From contig CM120641.1 in the NCBI GenBank assembly GCA_051362555.1, positions 44,274,401-44,338,400 on the forward strand: a DNA stretch of 64,000 nt, written 5' to 3'. The notes below the pieces were generated by a model that saw only the letters and a program-made list of their open reading frames with translations, made no database searches and had not been told where the DNA came from. Shown here in pieces: positions 38,152-50,800 of the stretch; position 1 is the first letter of the stretch; each line of letters opens with the position of its first letter. Position numbers and translations under genes: made by a program. The stretch comes from Lingula anatina. Taxonomy: Eukaryota; Animalia; Brachiopoda.

Positions 38152-40753
38152 ATTTTCTTGTCACACTGTCCCAACATTGTATGTAAGGTCTACAGGAAAC
38201 GTTATCCACATAGAAATGTCATCCAGTATTTTTACAGGATGAGTTGAAATGGGCTTGTCATTTTAAAATATACTCGTATGTACGATTTCCCGTTGTGAAA
38301 ATGAAGACTCTAAAAATATCAAAGAGTGAAGGCAATGATTTTGCTAGCACGCCATCTTCAAAATAACATATTTATTCTATCGTCTCGAAACGTTTTGCAT
38401 AATATGGCATTAACATTTTGGCTCCCAATAGTATACTGTACAACCCATCTTCTAGTGCTGACATGTTGAAGGAAACAGATACTAACAGAATTTTGTAAAC
38501 ACCCCTTTGCTAGCTCTGAATACTCCAAAAATACGTTTAATTCACTTAACTAATTAATTACTACACCGGAAAAAAAGTAGTACTCAAATAAAAATGCCAT
38601 CTGATTAACTAAGTTTGGATTTTAAAAAGTGCTTGCACGTCTAAATTACAAAGGCTATAGCGCGGTATCTAATAACCCAGGGACTTATCGCAAATCCTGC
38701 GACAATTGTTGTAATGTGCACGCTTAAAAGAATAACTGGTCGTGCTGTAATGTGAGCTAATGTGATCAGGGCTTTAGTCACTGGGGCCATACATATGTTG
38801 CATGTACTTGACAAAGTGGATCGAGATAGCCGGCTAAAGTACTCGGCTTGGCGTCGGCATTATGCAGATGTTCGATTCACGGGGGAATAAGGCTCGTGGG
38901 TAGTCTTACTTCGATTGCTTGCTTTTTTTTCACTTCTGTGTTGATAACGTTGTTTCGTGTTTGTTTAAAAAGCTTGGTTTGTCACGCTGTCTGTCCGTCC
39001 GTCCGACTGTCTGTCTCTGCATATCAAAGTAAGACAACCACGTGTTTGTGACGAGTCCTGTCTCGTTGGACCATACAACCCCTGACCATGCAGAGCTGAA
39101 ATCACAACACATGACGGTCCAGTCTTATCTTATCTAAAAGCGTGCACCATTTTGATCTAAATAATATCTTTCTATATATATATACACACAATCCATATAT
39201 ACAAAGAGCTGTGACTGTTTTGCGCCGAGCGCGCAAACAATTTCAAAATTGAAAATATAAACGCAGTCCGCAATATAAATGCAATCTTCTCTTTTTGAAT
39301 CTTATGGAAGTCCATTACATAAATGAAAAATAAATAATGCTAACAAATTCTCTATACTGTTTCGGTATTCACCCCCAAAACACAGTGTGGCAGACATTTT
39401 TTTTAATATCACATGCTAGCACCATGTATCCATGAGTTGCCGTCACGACACTGGTCTTGAAAAGTCTGACCGCCTTACGACATTGGAAACTATCCAAAAA
39501 AGGTACTACCCTTGGTCCTCACCTGATTCATTAAACGACTGTTCTTACATGATTCGTGCGTGAAAAATTCTGGTATTAATTTTCTCTTGTAGTTTGGAAG
39601 AATGAGAGTAATGAATGTGACGATGATGACAATGGCAACAGTCTTGATAGGCGATAATAATGGCGGTAATAACGATAGCGATCATGGGCTTTTAATTCGG
39701 AGTTGCACAAAAAATGCTCATCTGGGCATGACATGAGTTTTTCAAAGGGACTCTAATAACCAGAAAGCACGAGCTCAGTATACATTAAACATGCGGCATC
39801 ATGTAGAACTAGGGCGATCATTACCGAAATACAATGCACGACATTATCGCATTATCAAACATCACAGGGCTGGGCACAGTGCCTTTAATTTGTGATCTCC
39901 TTTCACCCCTTTAAATCCTATCTTTGAGTTTGCCCCCATATCAGTTTCGGATGATCTGGAAGAACTCACATAATTTGATATGCGCAGTGTATGAAAAATA
40001 TAATAGAAAAAAATAATGCGAGCGTTAAGAGCACTTTGTACAAAAGTCTTTGATTGAATTAATATGTAAAAACAACGCGTATCCGTAGGTCCTACGTGAC
40101 CTACAGCGATGTAGGCAGGTTATTACTTTGGAAAACGTGCTCGCTTGAATATCATTATCTGTACAACTATGGTAGTAATGCTGTCGGTGACAATCCAGCA
40201 GTTTACACAGAAAAATAGGCTAGCTACTCTCTCAGTCACTTTTCTCTTTTTATAACGCCTTGTTGTTAAGGTCTTCATTTTTTTGTTTTTTTATAACAAA
40301 AATATAGCTCTTATTCTCGTATGGTATCGCATAGACGAACGGAGTAACAATATGACCCATTGATGGGGCGCTCATTTAGTTTGCATTGCAAATTTCCCGT
40401 ATAAAAATAACGTGTAACAACAAGCAACATTAAAGTCTAGTGATGGATCTATAACTAGCACTCACGTTATAACGATGGAATGTCATGATGTTGTTGATGT
40501 CGAGGAGGGGATCTTATATCGTCCCCATTCCCTTCCTCTGTACTCGGTGGGCAGAGTTCCCGACGGCTTACTATTGATCAGAGCAATCCCTATAGCCGTC
40601 CGTTTCTTCATTTGTGCAAAGACTTGAGACGATTGCTTGACACTTTTCATAAACACTGACTTGTGGTGGAATGTCAGTTTTTGAACAAAACAATAAGATA
40701 TTAATCCACGTTTGAAAGAGTTCATGAAAATAATTCAGATCCCCTTTTTTATT

Positions 40754-41413
40754 TTAGTCTACTAGCTCCTGTAGCACTTCAAGGTTGATCGTTTCTTCGG
40801 CTGACACCGACAAGCAGTCCTCAATCATGGCGTCTTCATCATCGTCTTCATCTTCCTCCTCATCTTTGAAATCCCTATCTTTTAAATCCACAGTTTCATT
40901 CATATTCTCCTCGTCCCCATTATTGTTCACCTCCATCTCTCCATAAATGAGTTCTTCCCCTCTTAGTCCACATATCACGTTCGTGAGGGCTTTAATGTAG
41001 TTCTTGGCTAAGGTCAGTGTCTCGATTTTTGATAGCTTCCGATCGAGTTTGACATGGGGTATGACTTGCCGAAGGCCTTCAAAAGCGTCATTTAAAGAAT
41101 GCATTCGCATCCGCTCTCGTTCATTGCTTTCCAAGCGGCGGAGATTGCGCTCGCGGGCATTCGAGCCCTTTTTGCGCCGTGAAGATTTCTTTGGTGATTT
41201 TGATTTCCGGGGTTCGGCGGACTCGTCTGTCGTTGAATTCCCGCTGGAGTCCGTCGGAGAACCTGGCGATTCTCTTTTGCCGCGCTTGCGCATGGCGTAA
41301 TCTGTGGCCCTTTCTACTTGTTGCATGTCCCTCAGAAGATTGTTGAGAGCCTCATTCCCGTGGCTTGTATCGAAGTCGAAAGATGACATCATGGACCGTA
41401 CCTTGTGTTTCAT
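40754..41413 (-). CDS. BHLHA15: Class A bHLH transcription factor, Mist1/BHLHA15/dimmed family (219 aa, single coding exon)
   Basis: [53 protein letters not shown] matches the recalled Mist1/Dimm bHLH signature ([10 protein letters not shown]...VIPHV...[14 protein letters not shown]). Ser/Lys-rich N-terminus, acidic C-terminus, TAA at 40754-40756. A splice acceptor (minus strand ttctaatttcag) ends 3 nt before the ATG. Confidence 0.93.
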   Translation of the reverse strand: MKHKVRSMMSSFDFDTSHGNEALNNLLRDMQQVERATDYAMRKRGKRESPGSPTDSSGNSTTDESAEPRKSKSPKKSSRRKKGSNARERNLRRLESNERERMRMHSLNDAFEGLRQVIPHVKLDRKLSKIETLTLAKNYIKALTNVICGLRGEELIYGEMEVNNNGDEENMNETVDLKDRDFKDEEEDEDDDEDAMIEDCLSVSAEETINLEVLQELVD

Positions 41414-43950
41414 TGACTGAAATTAGAAGCAATAGGAAAATTGTAAAAACAAAACAAAGCTCGAATGGAAACCTATGTCTTCTCAATGGGGAAAAAAGAT
41501 AGAGATATCCCCTTTGTTTTGTTTGACTGGATTCGAAAACAAAGGTGATGAAAAATGAAAACAAAATCACGCTTGAAAATGTGGTTGCTTATTAAACATA
41601 ACGACAAATACTACTTGTATAGAAACGAAAAGTAGGTCAATATACACGCAGTATAATTTGCGCTTCGTGGTCTGTATTCTCCGCTACACTGACTTTATTT
41701 TGTTCCATTGTTTTCAATAAGTCACTGTAAAAAACAAAAATCCGAAACCCCAGGCCTAACACTATAAGCAGCAAAAAAATGAAGATATAAGTAATAGTGA
41801 AATCGAGAACTGCTTTTCAGCTGATTTTCTGCACTGCAGAAAAAAAAACGTGACGACGAAACAGGAATTACGTCTGTCTCAGGGAAATATACATTCCCAG
41901 AGGAAATTTAACCATATTCTCCGTTCAATAAACGAGTTTCTCTATTGTTAGAGAATTATTTTCAGACCAACCTCATTGATAATGTAATGAAACCACGATT
42001 TATGTCACATCATTTTTAGAACCATATTCGAAAAACATTTTATCTCATTTCTTGTCATATAACCCATCGTTCTCTTCGAATCTACGGCATGTACATATAA
42101 ATACACTCTCAGCTGTAGTAGTGACAACACGATTTATATGTCTCGACAGCCGACTGAGATACATGGGAAGATATAAATAAGTATTTTGTTGGTGGGTCTT
42201 TAAGTATTCCTTACTCATGTCTATAAAAACAAAACAACCCCTGTTATCGATGTGCAACAGATGAAAATAAGAATAGATGGGAGGAGCATTTAATGTTGTA
42301 CAGTGCAGATCGGGGCGGGAGGGGGGGGCGGAGAAGGGGGGGGGGAGGGTAAACCAGAGGGAAAGCTCGGGGCTGTCGACAGTGTTATCGCATAGCGTAA
42401 CCTATCACCCACGTGCTCTGCAAGCATCATTTATTACACAAATCGATTCGATTTAGCTAAAGACGCTTTAAGCTGATACAGGGCACACTCCCCTTAATCC
42501 ATGACTTGGGACGGCCACGACTTAATTCTACGCCGATTAACTGTTCACACGCCACTGTAAAATCAATCAGGCTCGCTTTCAATTACCTCCCAGCATATCT
42601 ATTTTGTGGCCAAGGAATATAATTGACAGACAAAACGCAGTTCATGTCATGAGCCTGCTTGACTAACAGATAACAGAAAGGGACAATCCTCTTTCCGAGG
42701 CCTCTCTATCATATTATCTCGCCGACTGATATGCCTTTGTAAGTGTGTGATTTATAATTAGGATTGATTTTAAGTGATCTCTCAATGCATCGTCTTTCTC
42801 GTGGCTCTTATTAATGAAGATCAGCACATAGTGCTGTGGGTGTCGGAAGAACTAACTTTGTCGGTTGCCCTGGTAACGGTGAGGCAAATTCAAAGCAACG
42901 GTTTACGCACATAGGCCGGGGACGAGAATGCCGTGTGGCCGGCATCAAAGTCGATCGCCGAGCGTGGGTGATTCGTCTTCGAAGAAGAAGCCATAAATAA
43001 TTCTCTGCCCGGAAATTGTTCTTCCCTTCTCACTTAAGTGGCACGATGCTTCTATTTTGGTTGGTGTTTTGGGTGTTACGTGGTGTTATCGGAAACTACA
43101 CACACACACACACTCACACACATGGCGTCGTTCACACAAAGCGCCAAGCTCCATTCTTACAGGTTTGATCAGGCCCTCCTCACGCGCGCCTTGGGAGCAA
43201 CAGGTGCCTGTTCCGCGTTATCGGTCTTCAAACACGCGTGCAATTAGAGAGCTCATCATCGGACTGATATACCCCAATATGGCCGCCCGAACAGGTGATT
43301 AATTTCACGATTTTCTCACCGTGTACTATTAACATCAACCACCGAGAACCATTTTCTTTAAATTAACAGATACGTGCGACATTAGCTTACACGCTATTTT
43401 CACTCTGTTCTAAATATTTTCTGCAATACTAGTTTTTTTTCCTGGGCCCATTAGATAGAGATGAAGCGTTCAAAAAACAGACCTTCATTATTTCTACACG
43501 GATAGACTGATAAATGTTTGGAGTCTCTATTATTATTGATCCAGTGTGCTGACCTGTCATTGTTTACAGAGCACTGCGCATCCTGCATTAAATATTACTC
43601 AAATCTCTCGACCGAATGAACATCATGAGTCTTAGTGTTAAAATATTACATCAATCGTTCATGCTGAGGCGCTCTAGATAATATGCATGGGCATATAATT
43701 GTGTATGTATCTAATAGCATACATAAAAATAAATGCATCGACATAGTGCACTAATGCTGGCGACTAACGAGAATCTATTATGCCAGTTTATTGTGTATAT
43801 CAGTATTAACCTTACTACTATTTCTGACACTGGTAGATTCATTTCATAGTTAAGTAACCCTGTAGATGAAATAGACAGTTACATCATTAACGACGAGAAG
43901 GAAAATAGGGAGAAAAGTGGAAGAGACAGGGGAGTGGGAGGGAGAGAATT

Positions 43951-43967
43951 CGCGCGCGTGCACGTGC

Positions 43968-44038
<71 letters not shown>
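43951..44038. repeat. Compound (CG)n/(TG)n/(AG)n microsatellite in the predicted Mist1-like intron
   Basis: Direct inspection. Confidence 0.9.
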
Positions 44039-44043
<5 letters not shown>

Positions 44044-45103
44044 GTGGCTACAAGGTTCAAGACTTGCCTCTGACAGCCGGCGTTTTACACTGTATCAGTA
44101 GCAATGAATGCTTATCACTAACATCACTCACGATGATAAAGATAGCATTAGAATGACAACTAAAGCTGCTCTGTATTTGCATGATGAGGTTGCCTATCGT
44201 GCCTGCAGCATAGCCGATTTCTACCTTCATCCTGTAAACGATTCATTATCATTCACAACTCAGACGCACGCCGGCAATATAAAACAATGTCTCGATCATA
44301 AACTCCCTGAATTATCCTACTTAACCTGCCTCGGACAACGCGCTGGGATGGGTAAAAGAAGTTATATTAATTTAAAAGCTATAGCCTTAGTGTAAATGCG
44401 AATATGAATTATTATCTCTGAGGCGGAGATGCCGATCAAAGTGGCCATACCATCAAAAACCTTCTTGTCCTTCCATGAGCCAGGGGGAAGGGGTCAGGCC
44501 AGGGTTTATCCCATCATATACATACCCACTGGCATCGCCTCGAATCGCTATTAGTACCAGAAAAAACTATTTTCAAAGGAAACCCGATGTAACAATTCTA
44601 TATCTCAGGCAGAGCACACTAAGGCTACCTGGAGTAGGGGTCGCTGGCGAGTTATAATAAAAGACACACAACCCAATCACTTCCCATAAAAGCAACGATA
44701 AGACTTACGTGTTTCAGCTGAATGTACTTTAAATATTCAGCCTGAACCAAACACTGTGGAATGAACTTGGAATCAGGCCGATCAAACCCACGCCTTGTTT
44801 GAACAGTAACCCGACAGCTGGAAGGACTATGCGGTGGCCGAACTAATACCGACAGCGTGAACAGCTGATCGTTTTCAACACGTCGACTCCAGGTAAAAAA
44901 TAGATTCTCTCCTGTAATAAATAGATCGCCCCATGCAGAATGCTGCTGCAGCTCTCCTTATTCAACCCGCAGTATGTTGCCCCTACCAATCCATGCTGAT
45001 AATACCTGATAATTCATTTGCTTGTCGTCAAACAGACCAGCAGGAGGCGATTGTTTTTCTAGCAGTGAAAGCGGTAATGCCCCCGCTGGGGAAAATCACG
45101 TAC

Positions 45104-45139
45104 CTGATTTTTTTAGCTTTCTCTCTGTATATATCCACT
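45104..45139 (-). other. Predicted short non-coding first exon of the Mist1-like gene (intron 41417-45103)
   Basis: Minus strand: TATATAAAA at 45167-45159, Inr-like GCAGT with the A at 45139 (28 nt downstream), donor CAG|GTACGT at 45104/45103, acceptor ...tttcag| at 41417/41416 just before the ATG. Inferred from motifs only. Confidence 0.5.
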
Positions 45140-45158
45140 GCCACCGTGATAAGGTGAA

Positions 45159-45425
45159 TTTTATATAGAGCTATAAAATAGTGGAGACTCCAAGCTCTAG
45201 CACACGTCAGTCCGTCAGACAAAAACTGGTGAACATTCTCCGTGGCAGCAGTGTTATTATTATCGCCGTGTTCGTGGGCCGTGGTTTACAAAATGGGAAG
45301 TCGACGCCGGAATACCCACATGTGCTCCAGCGTAATTATGTGTCGTGTTTCGACCACGTTCGGGCAGCACGAACCAATCGCATCCTCCACAACAAGTCGA
45401 CGTCACCCGCGTCAACCAATTACCG
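45159..45425 (-). promoter_or_regulatory. Predicted promoter of the Mist1-like gene: TATA box, CCAAT boxes and ACGT-core bZIP sites
   Basis: Minus-strand TATA at 45159-45167; CACGTCA about 45203; CCACGT about 45354; CCAAT at 45374 and 45416; GACGTCA about 45399; CpG-rich. Confidence 0.5.
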
Positions 45426-46467
45426 ATGAGTAGCAGTCCATTGACAAAGTAGAATGTCACTTTCGTTGCTAATTTACTCCGGTGTGCCGAGAGATGCTTG
45501 ATTGACGCAACCGAGCAAATTTACTGGAAATATCGGAAAATGCTTAGCCTACGTAGGGAGACAGTTGAATTGCGCATGGAACGACCCAATCTATCTGTCT
45601 GTCGCCTCTTTTCTGATAATGTGATACTGGTTATTTCTCGTTTTTGTAAATGATTAGAGATTTATGTACTGAATGATTCGGGAGATCGATAGACATTAAT
45701 AATTCATCCTTCGCCTACTTAACGTCCACACATTCATTCAATTATCCCAAACGACTACAAGGGCAGGTGATAAATCTCTATCTAAAATTGGTAATGTTAG
45801 ACTCTCAGAGATTCTCCGTCGTTTGCAGGTGTTTACATATTTCAGGAGCTGTCCCTGCGCTAAATCAAAGACTTCACAAATAAAATCTCGCTCAATACAA
45901 ATTGCGGAAAGTGGGAAGCCCTTATACTGATGAACAAACATTTTCTGTTCTAATATCGATCGATTGGATAGAAATAATTAATTCCCTCGGCTTGACCCGT
46001 CGTCCGCGTTACGCTTTAATATCCACATTGGATAAATTTCACCGATAGCGTGTAGGTAAATATAACTAGCGTGGGTTTTTAGACTCAAAGGGAATAATGG
46101 CCGGCTTGGTTTTTTCCTTTTATTTTCCCCTAAGAGTGAAACGCGAACGGGTGAGACACACGGACAGAAAATGGATACGGCCGGTGGCCTTGGTTTTAGA
46201 GATGACGTTAAATGAGAAAATTATAATTAATTAGAATAGCGGCAAAATTGCCTGAAGATTATCAGTGATGTGATCTTTTGAAATTGTCCTGCCATTTATA
46301 CACAGTGATAATACGGCACGGTCGCTTTCATGTCATTTATATTCCATTTATGCAGAGTAATATTTCAGTGAAGCAATTTCCTTCGCTCTCTATTACAGCC
46401 AATTACTACATGCCCACAAGGAACATAAGTGCCACCTATCGTATATCAGTCCATATAAAAACAAGGA

Positions 46468-46600
46468 GGCGCCGGTGTCACAAAAAAAACTTAAAGCCAA
46501 AAATTGGTTTTAAAACTTTTAGACCAAAATTTTAGCCTACTTTCAACCCAGATAAATAAGTTTTAGTCCACTCACTACGTAGATAAAATATTTTGCCTGG
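46468..46600 (+). repeat. Dispersed repeat fragment (GG..GGTTTCAC...TTAGACCAAAATTTTAGCCTACTTT); related pieces at about 2264-2345, 12955-13020 (reverse) and 47496-47600
   Basis: Shared (T/G)AGACCAAAAT.T.TAGCCTACTTT.ACCC motif seen by eye in several places; boundaries uncertain. Confidence 0.4.
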
Positions 46601-47681
46601 TTTATAACACTAACAATCACTATTTTTAGACCAATGGTTACCCTATTTTGGTGTATACTGTAGATTTAGACTTTTATGTTTTTCTAAAAGTTAGGACCGC
46701 CTTTCGATCTAAAATTCCCTCGTAAAACCAGAGCTAGGCACTTTGTTTCTTAGCAACTGAGTCAATGACAGAGCAGGGAGGACAGAATTAAATTCGTCAG
46801 CGGGTCAAGCTTAGGCCAAATCTGCAGTTTTCGGGTTATCATAACCTCTCTCCCTCATTTATATATCTTGGCTTTCTTTTCTCTGCCTCCTTCACATGTC
46901 TCCCTCTCTCTCTCTCTCTCTCTTTGAAAGTTGCAGTTCTCTCTCTCTCTCTCTTTCTTTGAAAGTTGCAGTTCTCTCTCTCTCACACACACACACACAC
47001 ACGCACACAATCAACTCTCACCCACATACTGAGTACACATTGTATTTGGAACGAACCGTTGTCATCAAGATATACAAGCATTTATACGGAAACGTTGGTT
47101 CCCTCTCACCCAGCATACTATACCAGATTGTCCTTACCACGAGTACCTATCTCTTACTTCCCCATGCGTAACAGCATCATTTCGGACCCACTTTTAACAG
47201 TAAATTGGCAGGTATCGGACAGCTTCTTGAAATGTCGCTTTACAAGCTTCAATTAAGGTATCATTGGCATGTCTAGCTACCCGTGACCGTCGTGACTTGC
47301 TTTGGGCAATAACAATTACAATGACGGAAATCTTGGGGCCCACACATTATTCTATATGTACACATACAAAAAAAGCAGGTATTGAGTTATTTTTTTCTGT
47401 CGATTTTACCTCTTTTTCTATTTATATTACGAAAAAGGCTTGTCTAGGGTAAGTCAGGAAGTGTTGGTACCAGAAATATAACAAGCGGCACATCAGGGGC
47501 TGGTTTCACGGCAGACTTTAGACTGACAGTTGGTTGAAACTCTTAGCCCAATATTTTAGGTCTACTTCGACCCTAGATGTACCAGTAACAGTCCACTTGC
47601 GCATATTTATTTTGAAAAATGGCTAATGTTCTAAACCAATACCTACTAGAATTCAGTGGCCTAATTCGGATTTACACTAAC

Positions 47682-47890
47682 GGGCCAATTCCCAATGAAG
47701 CTATCGGGCTACGTGTATCGATCCAGCTCCGCAGGGTCACTCACTGAATGCAATCAGATTTACTTCTCTTGTTTCCAACGTACTCGTATAACTACAAGCT
47801 TCTCTGTATTCTACTCAATACTCAGCGCCAGGAGGAGGCGTGCTAATCTGTTAATCTTATTGCATTCAGCTAGGGTCCCCCCGGAGTTGT
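47682..47890. mobile_element. Palindromic MITE (17804/27190 family), right arm truncated
   Basis: GGGCCAATTCCCAATGAA...CACTGAATGCAATCAGAT and ATTGCATTCAGCTAGGGTCCC...GGAGTTG. Confidence 0.7.
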
Positions 47891-50800
47891 GATGAAAAAC
47901 CGGTCCCAGATAGGCTAGCTTGACAAGGCAAGCGTGTCATGCCAGGATAACAAGTGGGTATGGAAAGCGGTAGATACAATAGGGGCGTTCGCTTCAGGAA
48001 ATTGACCATGGTTGTAACACTGAGGCTTGATGGTCGGTTGTTCATGTGTATATATGTGTGTGTTTTGTGCCTTATAATGATGCGTGTTGCAGAAAATGAC
48101 AAGCATATTCCTCATTTCAGATGACCATTTGTAACATGCCTTGCCTTGTTGAATCCACCCCGTCGTTAATCTCTGAGGATAGTTGACAAAAAGGGTGATA
48201 TGAGGCCGACAGGAACCGCGCATTCAGCACAGTCGAACTGATGCGTATGGCCTCATTTGGTTCAACCTGTCACTAGAAACTCAGCATAGTCCCAGAATTA
48301 CTTGGCCACTTGTGCTGGGAACTGCAGAGGTGTGCTGATAATAGAGATGAGCTCCAGGAGACCTCTGAACTCAGGGTGCTACTGGCTCGGTGACAGCCAC
48401 AATAAATCGAGACCGGAATAAACAGAAAAATTGTAGCTCTTAAAATTAGACCTTGTAATTGTCGTGGGAAAAGTCGTGCATGGTATAACAATCAAAATAA
48501 AGCATCAGCCTACGCCTGGTTTATGCAGTAGCCGCCCACTTCACAAATCCTTAACACGCCCACCCACCCTCTCTCTCTCTCTCTCTCTCTCTCCCCCCCC
48601 CCTCCCCAACACTCCGCCCAACTACTTTGGATGTTGGTCGTTTTTTAAAAAATCTGACGTTTTTGTCTTAGTTTGTTACGAGTATCCTCACTGTGTTCCG
48701 TGTCGCTTTGCCTCTCCCACATTCTATATATAAACGTAAATATTAATTTCGGCGTGCACTCTTTTGATCATATCATCCTTTGCAAATACTAGTAACAATC
48801 CAGTAGATGTTTTTGTAAGCGAAATAAAGGTCACAGATTGTCCCTCTTGACACGGGTGTAAGACCTTTATACAAGATAAGCAGTCCGGGGCAAATAATTG
48901 CACCCGGCGACAGTCACATCTATGTAAATATCTATATAATACTAGAGGATAAGGTTAGGAGCGTTTGAATAGACACCAAATAGTCGGTGCTGTTGTGGTG
49001 ACTTGGCGAGTATATGTGGAACTTACCCCAGCGATTTTGGCTTAATTCTTTCACGATTTGGAAATACACGCCGCTTGGTTATTGTCTTTTACCATGCCAA
49101 ATGCGGCAGCCTGATTCGTAGTGTACTTCCATGTACGTTGTGTATAAGGATACAGCATACCAGGATGTAGGCATACATCCAGGACTCGTTCAAGGGGACC
49201 GAAATGTTGTTTTTGTTGTTGTTTTAACCATTAAGTGTGAAAAGGAAACGCATCATTGATGCCTTATTTATGTCGTTAAATACGCAACTTTTTTGAGAAT
49301 ATATTTTTCTTTATTGGTAATTACAGCGTCGTAAGTGATTTTTTTTCTTTGGAAAACTGTGCTGGTTTTCGCCCTTCCCGCCCAATCTACGCCCCAAATG
49401 GAACCCTCGGGACCCTTTCTCTCCTTCCTCCCACATTGCAAGAACAACGTCAACAAAAATGCCGCTCATTTAGAATAATCGTCAGTCGTTATTGTGATAT
49501 GATGCTATAATAACGTCAATCTCGGTAATATCATAACTCCCTCAAGTAATACAAGCGGCCAATGAACATTATTCCAATATTGTATCACTAATGACACTTG
49601 GCTTTCAGAATAATATCACCATAATGTGATCTTTCACGTCCGCGTCCGGAGGTGACTTTTGGGACAATGGCCTTTGCTTGGTGGATTTTGCTTTTAGATC
49701 ACGCACACGCCTGCCCACCTTCCAAACACACAAACGCATTTACGTGTAGGAAAAACAAACATTTTCACACCACAGTATGTAAATGACAAGACTACCAGCA
49801 TATTTGCTTTTCATTGAAAAAACCGCCTGCCAACCAGACAATGCTGTGTTATATGTTGAACACTGCGCTTTCAAGATGGAACTGTTAAATTCATAGAGTT
49901 CATACGGTGACGTTTTTAAGGCGTAATGATATGTAACGGTTAGGATTATCTTTATCTCCTTAAGTACTAGAAAGAAAATGACTTCTGACATGCGACCATC
50001 AAATTAGGACTATAGGCATTTGACAAGTGGTTCTAAAATGCTAATATCGGCTTGAATATTGGATAACATGCATAGTCTTCCTATGGATGGAACGATTCAA
50101 AATCTACACAAAAGAAAACCATCGGAACTTGTGTTTCTATTTATAAAAAAATGAACGAAATGGAGAACCACCCCTTTTTATAAACAAGTTTCAAATATTT
50201 TCAAATATACTCCCATGTTTCTGGTTACGCATGTCAACCAATGCTCACACCTCTACTGTATGCCGTGAAGTGACATGCTCACCTGACAACTTCAACAGTT
50301 TTTCCAATCAAAGCCTTACCTTATCTTTTCCAAGAACGACCAGCAGTTGCTCTGTTAATATTACAAGGTTAATATTGCGCTGTTCATTGAATCTTGAAGT
50401 GCATTTTGACACAACTAGTTAAAGTGCTTTCCGCTGCTACAGCCACTTTGCGTCTTCACGCTCCGCAGCCACGTGGCTAGAAACCAAGATAGTTTATTTA
50501 CATCGTTCACGTCAAGAAGTTCCGTGTACGTCACTGTGGAGCATATTTCATGGCTCAGTACTGGGGACTTAGATATTTAGCTCTCACGTCGCGGCAACAA
50601 TAGCCTACAAGCTTTCAACGAAGCGTATGGAACTGACGGAAATTGCGCTTGAGAATCTTTTCACTTGATTGATGTACAAACAGAAGACAAAGACTCGCAG
50701 ATTGCAGGTTATTTGGCTTTTCGGGATATTGTAGGGTTTTTATCTTGATGGGCTGTTGGAGAGAATCCACCAAGCTTCTCATGTTAGTGCGGTGTTCGTG

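Noticed and set aside
40748-40753. Minus-strand AATAAA immediately after the bHLH stop codon
   Set aside because: Adjacent to the stop in an A-rich tract; the real 3' end cannot be assigned without transcript data.
41004-41300. 98-aa plus-strand ORF
   Set aside because: Antisense shadow of the bHLH coding exon; no independent protein features.
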